In this document: positions 1-10,301 of the stretch, in pieces
Layout of the letters: the number at the start of each line of letters is the position of its first letter
Numbering within the stretch: the stretch's first letter is position 1
Assembly: GCA_036523395.1 (NCBI GenBank)
Contig: DATDEH010000021.1
Span: 2,175 to 66,174 of the forward strand
From: Candidatus Limnocylindria bacterium
GTDB taxonomy: Bacteria > Chloroflexota > Limnocylindria > P2-11E
Length of the DNA stretch: 64,000 nucleotides
Direction of reading: 5' to 3'
Made by a program: the position numbers and the translations under genes
Notes under the pieces: model-generated
Databases searched by the model: none
The model's input: only the letters and a program-made list of their open reading frames with translations
What the model was told of the DNA's origin: nothing

Positions 1-121
1 GGTCGAGCTTGCCGCCGATCTCGGTCGAGCGGTCGCCGCCGAGCTTGCCGGCCTCTTCCTTGACCTTGCCCTTGGTCTCGTCCCACTTGCCTTCCATCTT
101 GTCGTGTGTGGAGTCCTTCAT
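1..121 (-). CDS. CsbD-like stress response protein (3' end outside window)
   Basis: ATG at 121 with AGGAGG RBS; MKDSTHDKMEGKWDETKGKVKEEAGKLGGD matches the CsbD 'D++EGKW++KGK+KE++GKL' pattern; not in the ORF track. Confidence 0.8.
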   Translation of the reverse strand, partial: MKDSTHDKMEGKWDETKGKVKEEAGKLGGDRSTEIGGKLD

Positions 122-230
122 GAGATGTTTCCTCCTATGTGTGGGCCCGTAGGCCCTACAAGAGAAGCGGCAAGAGCGGTGCCAGCATCGCTCGTGTAAC
201 GGTGTTTTCGCCATGTGAGCGCGAAGCCGA

Positions 231-2408
231 TCATGCGGGGCGGCGCCCAGCGAGCACGAGCCAACGATGCGCGCGCGCGATCGGCCCCGGCGCCCACCAG
301 TTGAGACCACCGAGCAGGCGCATGGCTGCGGGAACGATGAGGGCGCGCACCAACGTCGCATCGAGAGCGACCGCGACGGCCATGCCGAGACCGATCGATT
401 TGATGATCACGACATCAGCAAGCGCGAATCCGGTGAAGACGGCGACCATGATCGCGGCCGCAGCGGTGATGAGCCGACCACTGCGCTCGAGTCCCTCGGC
501 GACCGCGTGCGTGTTATCACCAGTGCGCTTGTACTCCTCCTGGATGCGGCTGAGGAGCAGGACCTCGTAGTCCATCGAGAGGCCGAAGACGATGCAGAAG
601 AGGATCACCGGCACAGATGGGTCGAGCGCCTGAGGCGTGAAGTTCATGAGCTGGCTGAGGTGGCCGTCGACGAACACCCACACCATCGCGCCGAACGACG
701 CGCTGATCGAGAGCAGATTCATGAGCACCGCCTTGAGCGGTAGAACAACGGAGCCGAGCAGCAGGAACAGCGCCATGTACGTCAACACGACGATGAACGC
801 GACGGCGCGGACGGCATGCGTGGCGACGAAGTCGATGGTGTCGAGGTCGAACGCGGTCTGCCCGCTCACGAGGATCTCGCCACCGGCCGGATCGGGAAGG
901 GCCCGTATCGCGCGGACCAGGTCGCGCGCCGCATCGCTCGAAGCCGGTCGCGCCGTGATCACACGTATGACAGCGATGTGCGGTCCGGTCACCGCCGCGG
1001 CGGGCAGAAGGTGGCCGGAGTCATCGAACGGCGCCTCGACGCGCAGCACATCCGGAAGGGTTGCGATCTTGCGCGAAAGGGCGAACACCTCGGCGTCGCG
1101 TCCGGAGCGGAGCGGGTCGCCGTCGGCGAAATACAGGACGATCGGGAACGCCGACTGCTCCTGGCCGGGGAAGTCACGGACGAGCATGTCGTAGCCACGA
1201 CGCGACTCGGACCCCGGCGGAAGCGCGGTCGTGTCCGCGTTGGCCAGACGGATGTGAAGGAACGGCGAGCCCGCGGCCAGCACGAATGCGACGGTCGGCA
1301 CGAGGACGAGCAGCGGACGACGCATGACAGCGGTGGCGATCGAATGCCAGAGCCCGGTCGCGCTTTGCTCTCGACGCGGGAACGGAAGGCGCCACGCGTT
1401 CACGCGCGGCCCGAGGATCGCGAGAAGCGCCGGAAGGAACGTCAGGGCGTAGACCACGGCCACCGCGACGACGATCGCGCCGGCCAGACCCAGCGACGCA
1501 AGGAACGTCCCTTCGAAGAAGAGCAGGCCGGAGAGCCCGATCGCCACGGTGAGGCCGGAGAAGACGACCGCGCGGCCCGCGGTCCCCATGCTGCGTGCGA
1601 GCGCATCCTCGCGCGACGCTCCGGCCGCGAGCTCCTCGCGGAAGCGCGAAACGATGAAGAGCGAATAGTCGATCGACGTGCCGAGCCCGATGAGCGTGAC
1701 GATGTTGAGTGCGTAGGTCGAGACGTCCGTGAAGCGCGTCAGGAGGAACACGCCCCCGAGCCCGCCGACGATGGCGAGCACTCCGACGCCGAGCGGTACG
1801 AGCGCGCCCACCACGGTGCCGAAGACGATGAGCATGAGGATGAGCGCGACGGGAAGCGACACGATCTCGGCGCGCTGGAGATCCCGGTCGAGGATCACGT
1901 CGAAGTCACGATTGATCGGGAGACCGCCGGTGGCGAGGATCGTCAGGCTGTCGGATCGGACCAGGGCACGCAGGTCTTCGAAGTAGACCTCTGCGACCGA
2001 GCGTGGGTCCTTCAGCTGGACGAACGCGAGCATGCCGTGCCCGTCGCGGGACAGCAGGCTGGGCGTCGGCGTGTCGTAGTAGGTGCGGATGCTCGTGACG
2101 CGCGCGTCTGCGCGCAGCGGAACGAGCGCGTCGACGACGGCCTGCTGGTACGCCGGGTCCTTGACCGCGAGCCTCTCGCTGCGGAACAGGAGAGTGAACG
2201 ACGCTCCCGCCGGCGCGCCGGTCGGTCGTGGAAGCTCGCTGGTAAGGAGCTGCGACGCCCTCCCGGACTCGGTCGACGGGATCGTGTCGGGATTGCGGAG
2301 ATCGCCGCCCTGGGCGAGGAGAAGGGCGCTCAGAGCCAGGATCGCGAGCGACACGCCGAGCACGGCCCAGCGTCGGCGGTGCACGAACCTTCCCCAGCCC
2401 TCCAGCAT
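231..2408 (-). CDS. MMPL (RND superfamily) transporter
   Basis: 725 aa with two TM bundles; motifs GTSIDYSLFIVSRFREE and GLSMDYEVLLLSRIQEE. Confidence 0.92.
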   Translation of the reverse strand: MLEGWGRFVHRRRWAVLGVSLAILALSALLLAQGGDLRNPDTIPSTESGRASQLLTSELPRPTGAPAGASFTLLFRSERLAVKDPAYQQAVVDALVPLRADARVTSIRTYYDTPTPSLLSRDGHGMLAFVQLKDPRSVAEVYFEDLRALVRSDSLTILATGGLPINRDFDVILDRDLQRAEIVSLPVALILMLIVFGTVVGALVPLGVGVLAIVGGLGGVFLLTRFTDVSTYALNIVTLIGLGTSIDYSLFIVSRFREELAAGASREDALARSMGTAGRAVVFSGLTVAIGLSGLLFFEGTFLASLGLAGAIVVAVAVVYALTFLPALLAILGPRVNAWRLPFPRREQSATGLWHSIATAVMRRPLLVLVPTVAFVLAAGSPFLHIRLANADTTALPPGSESRRGYDMLVRDFPGQEQSAFPIVLYFADGDPLRSGRDAEVFALSRKIATLPDVLRVEAPFDDSGHLLPAAAVTGPHIAVIRVITARPASSDAARDLVRAIRALPDPAGGEILVSGQTAFDLDTIDFVATHAVRAVAFIVVLTYMALFLLLGSVVLPLKAVLMNLLSISASFGAMVWVFVDGHLSQLMNFTPQALDPSVPVILFCIVFGLSMDYEVLLLSRIQEEYKRTGDNTHAVAEGLERSGRLITAAAAIMVAVFTGFALADVVIIKSIGLGMAVAVALDATLVRALIVPAAMRLLGGLNWWAPGPIARAHRWLVLAGRRPA

Positions 2409-2508
2409 GCGCAGACAGTACGTTCGAGGCGGCCGCGAGGTTCCACGGCGGCGTCTCGACTACGTCGGATCGAACATTGACGGTCGGGCCGAGGAGCGGT
2501 CATCGTTC

Positions 2509-3523
2509 ATGGCGATGGCTGTAGTTGACGTTCTTCGTCTTGGCGCGCGCCTGCCGGCGGGCTACCGCGCGCGCGACTTCGAGGAGGGCGACCGCGACGC
2601 GTTCGTCGCGGAGCGCAACAAAGAACAGCACTGGATGGAGCAGGGCAGCGCAGAAGAGTGGCGCTACTGGGACAACCTCATCAAAGACGCCACGCTCCTG
2701 CGGGTGAGCGTTGAGGCACCCGACGGCTCCATCGCGGCGCTGGCGGACATCGGCTCCGGCTTCACGCCGCGCCCCGACCGGTCGCAGTTCATCGGCATGA
2801 CAGTGCTCGCGCGACACCGGCGTAAGGGCATCGGCGCCGCGCTGCTCGTGGCGCTCGAGGATGAGGCCCGGCGCCGCGACGTTCCGAAGCTGCTTGGGGG
2901 CGCGAACGAGGGCGAGAAGTTCGCGCTCGACTGGGCGCTCGGCCACGGCTACCGGCAGATCGGCCGCCGCATCGCTTCCTACGTCGAGCTTGCGACATTC
3001 GAGCCCGGCGCGGTTCGCTGATGCGCTCGACCGCGCACGCGCCGCCGGGATCAGGATCACGAGCTTCGCGGAAACGCTCGAGGGCAAGGACGCCGCCGCG
3101 CAAGAGAAGTGGTGGCGTGCGCTGTACGAGGCCGAGGCGCCGATGTGGGAGGACATCCCCTTCGCGACGCCGACCCCGCATTGGCCATACGACCGCTTCT
3201 ACGAGGCGGCGACGAGTGGCCAGCAGCTCGCGGACCTATCGCTCGTCGCGTATGCCGGCGATCGGATCGCGGGGTTCACCACGACGGGCAAGAGCAAAGA
3301 CAAGGACGGGTGGACCTGGATGACCGGCACGGCGCGCGAGTACCGCGGCCGCGGCGTCGCGCGCGCGCTCAAGGTCGAGGCGCTGACACGGGCCAAGCGC
3401 AAAGGGCTGCGCGCGCTGGGAACGACGAATGACGAGCCGAACAAGTCGATGCGCGGGATCAACGCGAAGCTGGGGTACCAGATGCTTCCGGCGCACGTGG
3501 AGCTTGAGAAGCCGCTGGCCTGA
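2509..3523 (+). pseudogene. Tandem-GNAT acetyltransferase interrupted by a +1 frameshift
   Basis: N-half (RRKGIGAALL) ends at TGA 3019-3021; C-half (RGRGVARALK) continues in another frame. Removing one C from GAGCCCGGCG at 3001-3010 restores EPARFADA. Could be a sequencing error. Confidence 0.75.
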
Positions 3524-4679
3524 TCTCAGCGGGCAGCAGTAGCAACACGAGCCCCGCGCCGAGCGCCGCGGTCGACGCGAGGATGAGTCCCCCACCCACG
3601 TCGGTGAGCTGCCAGATCGCGGTCGCACCGAGCGCGCCGATCACCGTGCCTGTTTGAGCGACCGCGCTCACGACGCCGAACACGCGCCCGCGCCGCGCAG
3701 CCGGCACGGCGTTCGTCAGGAGCGCGAACCACGACGCGTTGTACGCGGTCAGCGCCGCGCCGGTGAAGAAGCTGATGGCGTAGAAGAACGGCTTCGGGAG
3801 TCCGAAGAAGACGATGAAACCGAAGAGGAAGATCGGGAAAGACGCCAGCACCGCCATGCGGCGACGGCCGGTGCGATCGGCGAGGTGACCGAGCCACGGA
3901 CCGAGCGTGATGTCGCCGATGCCGAAGATCGTGAAGATGATGCCGACGTCGAATGTCGACCAGCCCAGACGCGTCGTGACGAACGGCGCGTAGCTCGTGA
4001 CCCAGCCGCCGAACCCGATGAGCAGGAGCAGGTTCCCGGCGAGCAGGATGAATACGGTCCGGTTCCACGCGCGGCCGCCTACCATCGCCGCGGCGTCGTC
4101 GTGCGCTCGCGCTTTCGGGCGCGGGAGGAACAGCGCGGCGACGAAGGCGAGCGCGCTCGTGGCGGCGACGATGAAGAACGGCGCCCGGAGATCGCCGCCG
4201 GCGGCGACGAGTCCGCCGAAGCCTGGGCCGAGGACGCTCCCCGCGGAGTTCGCGGCGGAGATGATGCTGTTGAAGAACGCCAGGCTCGCCTGCTCCGCAG
4301 TCTGCGATATGTACAGGCGGGTCGCGACCATGTTGACGCCGCCCCCGAGGCCCGCGACGAAGCGGTAGCCGATGAGGGCGATCGCGGTGGGCGCCGTCGC
4401 GATGAGCACGTTCGCGGCCGCATACGTGCCGATCCCCGCGACGATGAAGCGACGTGCGCCGTAGCGGTCCATGAGGAATCCCGACGCGAACTGCGCGAGG
4501 CCGTTCGCGACCGCGAAGCCGCTCGTCATCAGTCCGAGCTGCAGCGGAGATGCGCCGAGCGACAGCGCGTAGAGCGGGAGCAGGGGCAGCATGATCGAGA
4601 TGCCGAGGCTCGAGACGAATGAGATCGTCGCGAGCACAGCGAGCGCCGGGCTGCCGTTGTCGCGGAGTCGCCGGATCAC
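3459..4679 (-). CDS. MFS transporter
   Basis: 406 aa, about 12 hydrophobic segments; motif A GFLMDRYGARR and GHLADRTGRRR. Confidence 0.9.
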   Translation of the reverse strand: MIRRLRDNGSPALAVLATISFVSSLGISIMLPLLPLYALSLGASPLQLGLMTSGFAVANGLAQFASGFLMDRYGARRFIVAGIGTYAAANVLIATAPTAIALIGYRFVAGLGGGVNMVATRLYISQTAEQASLAFFNSIISAANSAGSVLGPGFGGLVAAGGDLRAPFFIVAATSALAFVAALFLPRPKARAHDDAAAMVGGRAWNRTVFILLAGNLLLLIGFGGWVTSYAPFVTTRLGWSTFDVGIIFTIFGIGDITLGPWLGHLADRTGRRRMAVLASFPIFLFGFIVFFGLPKPFFYAISFFTGAALTAYNASWFALLTNAVPAARRGRVFGVVSAVAQTGTVIGALGATAIWQLTDVGGGLILASTAALGAGLVLLLLPAEIRPAASQAPRAPEASGTPASR

Positions 4680-4740
4680 CGCGCGAGATTACGGCCACGA
4701 CGGAAAGCTTCCACCTCGTGCACGACATACGCTTGTGAAT

Positions 4741-5640
4741 GTGGGGGACACCGCGATCGCGTTCGACGGTACTAGCAAGCGATATCGAAATGGCACGGTC
4801 GCGCTCCGCGAGGTCACGTGGTCGATCCCGCTCGGGGCCCGAGCGTGCCTCCTCGGGCCGAATGGCTCAGGCAAAACGACGTCGATCCGTCTCCTCCAGG
4901 GCGCGCTCGCGCCAACGGCCGGCTCGGTGCGGCTCCTCGGTGAAACGGTGAACGGAGCCCACTTGGGGGACGCGCGACGGCGCTGCGGCATCGTTCCCCA
5001 GAACGCGGGCATGTATGCCGATCTCACGACCGCGGAGTACCTCGAGCTCGCGCGCAGGCTGTACGGACGCGGCGACCCCGGGCGCGCGATCGAGCAGTTC
5101 GGGTTGGGAGAACACCGCGACAAGCGCCTCGCCCAGCTTTCCGGCGGTTTTCAGCGCCGCGTCGTCGTCGCGGCGGCGCTGCTCTCCGAGCCGGACCTCC
5201 TGCTCCTCGATGAGCCCAGCGTCGGACTCGACCCGGTCGCCGCGCGCGAGGTCCACGGCTATCTGGGAGAGGCGATGAAGGGACGCACGACGCTCCTCTG
5301 CACGCACAATCTCGCGGAAGCCGAAGCGCTCTGCGACGACGTCATCATCCTGCGCGCCGGCGAGGTACTGCTCCACGAGCCGCTGGCCGCCCTGCGCGAG
5401 CGTCAGCGTCCGCGCACGCGCCTCGCGGCTCTGCAGCCCGCCGAGGCGCTCGCCGAACGCGTTCGCGCGCACGGTCACATCGCGTCCGTTGAGGACGGCG
5501 GCGTCATCGCGCTCATCGACGCGCGACGGGATGCGCCCGGCCTCTTGCGCTCGATGCTGAGCGAGGGCATCGAGGTATACGAGTGCCGGCCGCTGTCGGC
5601 AACGCTCGAGGAGCTCTTCCTCGAGGCGGTGGCGCGATGA
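4741..5640 (+). CDS. ABC transporter ATP-binding protein
   Basis: Walker A GPNGSGKT, signature LSGGFQRR, Walker B LLLLDEP; start re-picked at GTG 4741. Confidence 0.92.
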   Translation: MGDTAIAFDGTSKRYRNGTVALREVTWSIPLGARACLLGPNGSGKTTSIRLLQGALAPTAGSVRLLGETVNGAHLGDARRRCGIVPQNAGMYADLTTAEYLELARRLYGRGDPGRAIEQFGLGEHRDKRLAQLSGGFQRRVVVAAALLSEPDLLLLDEPSVGLDPVAAREVHGYLGEAMKGRTTLLCTHNLAEAEALCDDVIILRAGEVLLHEPLAALRERQRPRTRLAALQPAEALAERVRAHGHIASVEDGGVIALIDARRDAPGLLRSMLSEGIEVYECRPLSATLEELFLEAVAR

Positions 5641-6383
5641 GACCGAGCTCGATCCGCTCGCTGTTGTGGAAGGAGACCCGGCAGCTCGGACGTAACCGCA
5701 CCGCGATGCTCACCGCCGCGCTGCTCCCGTTCATCATCCTGTTCCTCGCGCCGATCCAGCTACTCGTGGCGGTGCACTTCGGCGGAGGTCCAGGGATCGA
5801 GGACCTTCGCAATTCGCCGCTTCCGGGCTTCGCTGACGTCACCGAACCTTCGCAGCTCCTTGTGCAGTTCTTCTATCCGATGCTGCTTGTGATGGGTGGC
5901 CTGCTCCTCCCCTCTCTCACCACCACGTACGCGATCGTCGCGGAGCGTGAACGACGCTCGCTCGAGCTGCTCATCTCGCTCCCGGTCAGCGTTGCTGAGA
6001 TCCTCGCGGCGAAGCTCCTCGCTGTGCTTGCCGTGACCGCGCTGATCGGCCTGCCATACGTGGCCATCGTCCTCACGCTGCTCCTCATCCTCGGGATCGC
6101 AGGCGCTGCGACGATACCGGCGCTGCTCGCGCCTTTCCTCGCTGCCGTTGCGTGCTCCATCTGCATCTCGCTCCTGCTCACGCTTCTCGCACGGGACTTC
6201 CGCACGGCGAACAACCTCAGCGGTGCGTTCGTGGTGCCCGCGCTGCTGCTGACCGTCGGAACGCTCGGCGCGGTCGGAGGTCCCGCGCGCACGTATGTCG
6301 TCGCGGTGATCCTCCTCGCGCTCGGCGCCTTTGCGCTGTTCGCGGCGCTGCGCTGGGTCAGCTTCGAGCGCTACCTGGACTAG
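5637..6383 (+). CDS. ABC-2 type exporter permease
   Basis: ATGA overlap with the ATPase; AIVAERERRSLELLISLPVS motif; about 6 TM. Confidence 0.88.
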   Translation: MRPSSIRSLLWKETRQLGRNRTAMLTAALLPFIILFLAPIQLLVAVHFGGGPGIEDLRNSPLPGFADVTEPSQLLVQFFYPMLLVMGGLLLPSLTTTYAIVAERERRSLELLISLPVSVAEILAAKLLAVLAVTALIGLPYVAIVLTLLLILGIAGAATIPALLAPFLAAVACSICISLLLTLLARDFRTANNLSGAFVVPALLLTVGTLGAVGGPARTYVVAVILLALGAFALFAALRWVSFERYLD

Positions 6384-6402
6384 ACGCTCAGGCCGACGAC
6401 AC

Positions 6403-6612
6403 GTGACGCGTACGCTACGTCGCATAGGCGATCCCGTCGGCGGGTTCCTGCTCCTCGGCTCCGCGCTCTGCGCGATCGGCGCGAGCCTGATCGTCTGCTA
6501 CGTCATCTGGCTGAACACCTGGGAAGGTTGGGAGTCCTGGAACGCGCGCACCGGCCTCGATGCGGACCGGGCGGACGAAGAGCGGCTCCTGGGACACACG
6601 CGACGCAGGTAG
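6403..6612 (+). CDS. Small single-TM hypothetical protein
   Basis: 69 aa from GTG 6403 with hydrophobic stretch GFLLLGSALCAIGASLIVCYVIW; fills the gap before a terminator. Confidence 0.5.
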   Translation: MTRTLRRIGDPVGGFLLLGSALCAIGASLIVCYVIWLNTWEGWESWNARTGLDADRADEERLLGHTRRR

Positions 6613-6617
6613 CCAAC

Positions 6618-6667
6618 AAAGCGCAAAAAGGGAGGGAGGCGATCCCGCCTCCCTCCTTGTGCGCTTT
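6618..6667. terminator. Intrinsic terminator hairpin between convergent genes
   Basis: Perfect 11-bp stem GGAGGGAGGCG (6631-6641) / CGCCTCCCTCC (6646-6656); outer AAAGCGCA/TGCGCTTT pairing and an A-tract on the 5' side. Confidence 0.75.
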
Positions 6668-6678
6668 CGCGAGCTTGA

Positions 6679-8187
6679 CTATTCGGCGGGTGTCGCCTCG
6701 GTCATCATGCCGGGCTCTTCGCCACCGACCTCGGACCAGATCTTTACGTTCTTTGGCTCCTTCAGGAAGAGCGTTCCGAGGACCACGGTCATGAGCGCGA
6801 CCGTGATCACGTACGCGAGGCCGAGGTAGATGTTCCCGTTCGGGTCAGGCGGGGTGGACGTGTTCATTGAACGCAGGTCGAAGATGCCGAGCCACGGGAC
6901 ATATGACGTCGCGATCGGGATCGTCGCACCGACGAGACCGGTGAACGTCAGCGGCAGCAGGCCGCCGAACCAGCCGTTCCCGAAGTGGTACGGGATCGAG
7001 AGCGATGTGTAGCGGACCTTTGCCCGGAAGTACTCGACCAGGAACGCAGCGATGGGTCCGTAGACCGCCGTCACGTAGACCACCTGGATCCACACCAGGC
7101 CGACGAGGAGGAGCGTGTCGGGATTCGCCTTCGTGATCAGTCCGGTGGGACCGTATTCGACGTGCGCCGCGTCGTACATCGCGTGATAGATCGGGATATA
7201 GGTCACCGCCGCGATGAGACAGCCGGCGAGGATGATGACCTTGCGTCCGATCTTGTCGGAGAGCCAACCGAAGAACAGGAAGAACGGCGTGCCGAGCGCG
7301 ACTGCCCACAGCATCACGGTGTACGACTGCGTGAAGGTGAGCTTCAGATACGTCGTCATGAAGAAGTTCGCCTGGAACTGTCCCTGATACCAGACGACGC
7401 CCTGACCCGCGGTCAGCCCCAGGAGAACGAGCAGGATCGTGCCGAGCTTGCGTCCGCTGAAGCTCTCGCTGGCCCAGTTGCCGGCGCCGGTGACGGCATT
7501 GTTGGAGGCCTTGAGGCGCGCGAACAGCGGCGTCTCGCGAAGCCGGATACGGATGTAGAGCGCGACCGCGAGCAGTACGGCGCCGAGGATGAACGGGTAG
7601 CGCCAGCCGACGGATGCGAAGTCGGCAGCGGCCATCGTGGTGCGGAAGTACAGGATGACCGCGAGCGCGAAGAAGAAGCCGAGTGTTGCCGTGGTCTGGA
7701 TCCATGACGTGTAGAGACCACGCTTGTTGTCCGGCGCGTGCTCGGCCACGTAGATCGCTGCGCCCCCATACTCGCCGCCGAGCGCCAGGCCTTGGATCAA
7801 TCGAAGGATCACGAGGCCGATCGGCGCGAGGATGCCGATCGAAGCGTACGTGGGCAAGAGACCCATGAGAACGGTCGAAATGCCCATCGCGGTGATCGTC
7901 ACGAGGAACGTGTACTTGCGTCCGATGATGTCGCCGAGTGCGCCGAAGATGACGGCGCCGAACGGCCGAACGAGGAAACCCGCCGCATACGCGGCGAACC
8001 CTGACAGCTGTACTGCGGTCGGGTTGTCACCCGGGAAGAAGAGCGGTGAAAGGAACGGAGTAAGCGTCGCGTAGAGATAGAAGTCGTACCACTCCACGAT
8101 CGTTCCGGCGGACGCTGCAGAGATGACGAATGGAAGCCCGTAAGTCGGCTTCGCCACCGCAGCCGCGCCCGCTCTAGTCGTTGCCAA
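6679..8187 (-). CDS. MFS metabolite:H+ symporter (MHS family)
   Basis: GTIVEWYDFYLY, GALGDIIGRKYTF and QGLALGGEYGGA motifs; TTG start with RBS. Confidence 0.9.
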   Translation of the reverse strand: MATTRAGAAAVAKPTYGLPFVISAASAGTIVEWYDFYLYATLTPFLSPLFFPGDNPTAVQLSGFAAYAAGFLVRPFGAVIFGALGDIIGRKYTFLVTITAMGISTVLMGLLPTYASIGILAPIGLVILRLIQGLALGGEYGGAAIYVAEHAPDNKRGLYTSWIQTTATLGFFFALAVILYFRTTMAAADFASVGWRYPFILGAVLLAVALYIRIRLRETPLFARLKASNNAVTGAGNWASESFSGRKLGTILLVLLGLTAGQGVVWYQGQFQANFFMTTYLKLTFTQSYTVMLWAVALGTPFFLFFGWLSDKIGRKVIILAGCLIAAVTYIPIYHAMYDAAHVEYGPTGLITKANPDTLLLVGLVWIQVVYVTAVYGPIAAFLVEYFRAKVRYTSLSIPYHFGNGWFGGLLPLTFTGLVGATIPIATSYVPWLGIFDLRSMNTSTPPDPNGNIYLGLAYVITVALMTVVLGTLFLKEPKNVKIWSEVGGEEPGMMTEATPAE

Positions 8188-8295
8188 GTTCCACCCCCTC
8201 CGCCTAATCGCTGAAGCGGTATTTCTGAGACACGCGCGCGCTCACGTCAACTCGCCCATTCAACAGGCGAAAGGCCTCATGGCTCGCCTGGCCGC

Positions 8296-10260
8296 TCACT
8301 CCTCCTTGCCGGAGGCCGAGGCGGTCCGGATCGACTCGACGACGGTCGAGTCCGCCAGGGTGGTCGTGTCGCCCAGCGGCGTGCCGTTCGCGATGTCGCG
8401 GAGGAGGCGCCGCATGATCTTTCCCGAGCGTGTCTTCGGCAGCTCGGGCGTGAACATGATCGTTTTCGGCCGTGCGATCGAGCCGATCTTGCCGACGACG
8501 TGCTCGCGGAGCTCTTTCGAGAGCCCTTCCCCTGCGTCCTTGCCGCCACGGAGCGTCACGAACGCGAAGATCGCCTGGGTCGTCACCGGGTCTTCCCGGC
8601 CGATGACGGCTGCCTCCGCGACCGCCGGATGCGAGACGAGCGCCGACTCGACCTCCGTGGTCGAGATGCGGTGGCCGGAGATCTTCATGACGTCGTCGAC
8701 GCGGCCCATGAGCCAGAAGTACCCCTCCTTGTCGCGACGCGCGCCGTCGCCGGCGAAGTACCGGCCGGGGTACTTGCTCCAGTACGTCTCGCGGTAGCGC
8801 TTGTCGTCCTTGTAGATGCCTCGGAGCATCGCGGGCCACGGCTTCGTGAGGACGAGGTACCCGGCGCCGCCGAGCGGGACCGTCTTGCCGCCCTCGTCGA
8901 CGACGTCGGCGCCGACGCCAGGGAACGGGAACGTCGCGCTGCCCGGCTTCGTCGTCGTGATCCCCGGCAGCGGAGTGATGAGGATCATGCCCGTCTCCGT
9001 CATCCACCAGGTGTCGACGATCGGGCAGCGGCCGCCGCCGATGTGCTCGTTGTACCAGAGCCACGCCTCAGGGTTGATCGGCTCACCGACCGATCCGAGC
9101 AGCCGCAGCGACGACATGTCGTGCTTGCTCGGGTACTCCGCTCCCCACTTCATGAACGTTCGAATGGCCGTCGGCGCGCAGTAGAGGATCGAGACCTTGT
9201 ACTTCTCGATGACCCGCCACCAGCGGTCCTTGTCGGGAAAGTCCGGCGTGCCCTCGTACATGACGCCGGTCGCTCCGTTCGCAAGCGGACCGAACACGAT
9301 GTAGCTGTGCCCGGTGACCCAGCCGATGTCGGCGGCGCACCAGTACACGTCCTCGTGCTTGATGTCGAAGATGAGCTTGTGCGTCGTGGCCACGCCCGCC
9401 AGATAGCCGGCCGTCGTGTGCACGATGCCTTTCGGCTTCGCGGTCGTACCGGACGTGTAGAGCAGGTACAGCATGTGTTCGCTCTCGAGCGACTCGGCCG
9501 GGCACTCGGGCTTCTGCTTGTCCACCAGCTCGTGCCACCAGACATCACGCCCGATCGTCCACGGCACGTCCTGCTTGGTCCGACGCACGACGAGGACCTT
9601 CTCGATCGTCTTTGCCTGAGAGACCGCGTCGTCGGCGTTCTTCTTGAGCGCGACGGTGCTCCCCTTCCGGTAGCCACCATCCGCGGTGATGAGGACCTTC
9701 GCCTCCGAGTCGACGATGCGGCCCGACAGGGCCTCAGCCGAGAAGCCGCCGAAGACGACGGTGAACGGCGCGCCGATCCGCGCGCACGCGAGCATCGCGG
9801 CGGGCAGCTCGGGGATCATCGGCATGTAGATCGCGACGCGGTCTCCCTTGCCGACGCCGAGCTCCTTCAGCGCGTTCGCGCACCGGCAGGTCATCTCGAG
9901 GAGGTCGCGGTAGGTGAGGGTCCGCGTGTCGCCGGGCTCGCCCTCCCAGTGGTAGGCGACCTTCGTCCCGCGGCCAGCTTTGACGTGGCGGTCGAGACAG
10001 TTCTCGGAGATGTTCAGCTCGCCGCCGACGAACCACTTCGCGTACGGGGCATCCCACTCGAGGACCTTCTCGAAGGGCTTGCGCCAGAAGAGCTGCTTCG
10101 CCTGCTCGGCCCAGAATCCCTCCAGGTCGCGCTCCGCGCGCTGGTAGATGGCAGCGTCGTTAGCGTTGGCCTTGGCGGCGAAGTCGGGTGGCGGGGGGAA
10201 TCTGCGGTCCTCCTGGGCGAAGGTCTCGAGCGCCGTGGTGCTCTTGGTGTCGCTCGCCAT
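8296..10260 (-). CDS. acs: Acetate--CoA ligase (acetyl-CoA synthetase)
   Basis: LYTSGTTAKPKG, WCAADIGWVTGHSY, SVGEPINPEAW and LPKTRSGKIMRRLL motifs. Confidence 0.95.
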   Translation of the reverse strand: MASDTKSTTALETFAQEDRRFPPPPDFAAKANANDAAIYQRAERDLEGFWAEQAKQLFWRKPFEKVLEWDAPYAKWFVGGELNISENCLDRHVKAGRGTKVAYHWEGEPGDTRTLTYRDLLEMTCRCANALKELGVGKGDRVAIYMPMIPELPAAMLACARIGAPFTVVFGGFSAEALSGRIVDSEAKVLITADGGYRKGSTVALKKNADDAVSQAKTIEKVLVVRRTKQDVPWTIGRDVWWHELVDKQKPECPAESLESEHMLYLLYTSGTTAKPKGIVHTTAGYLAGVATTHKLIFDIKHEDVYWCAADIGWVTGHSYIVFGPLANGATGVMYEGTPDFPDKDRWWRVIEKYKVSILYCAPTAIRTFMKWGAEYPSKHDMSSLRLLGSVGEPINPEAWLWYNEHIGGGRCPIVDTWWMTETGMILITPLPGITTTKPGSATFPFPGVGADVVDEGGKTVPLGGAGYLVLTKPWPAMLRGIYKDDKRYRETYWSKYPGRYFAGDGARRDKEGYFWLMGRVDDVMKISGHRISTTEVESALVSHPAVAEAAVIGREDPVTTQAIFAFVTLRGGKDAGEGLSKELREHVVGKIGSIARPKTIMFTPELPKTRSGKIMRRLLRDIANGTPLGDTTTLADSTVVESIRTASASGKEE

Positions 10261-10301
10261 CGCTTCCACCCCCGTCGTTGTCTGGGTGCCCGAGTATGCG
10301 A

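Noticed and set aside
2995-3025. Programmed frameshift in the GNAT gene
   Set aside because: No slippery heptamer or obvious stimulatory element; a simple indel explains it.
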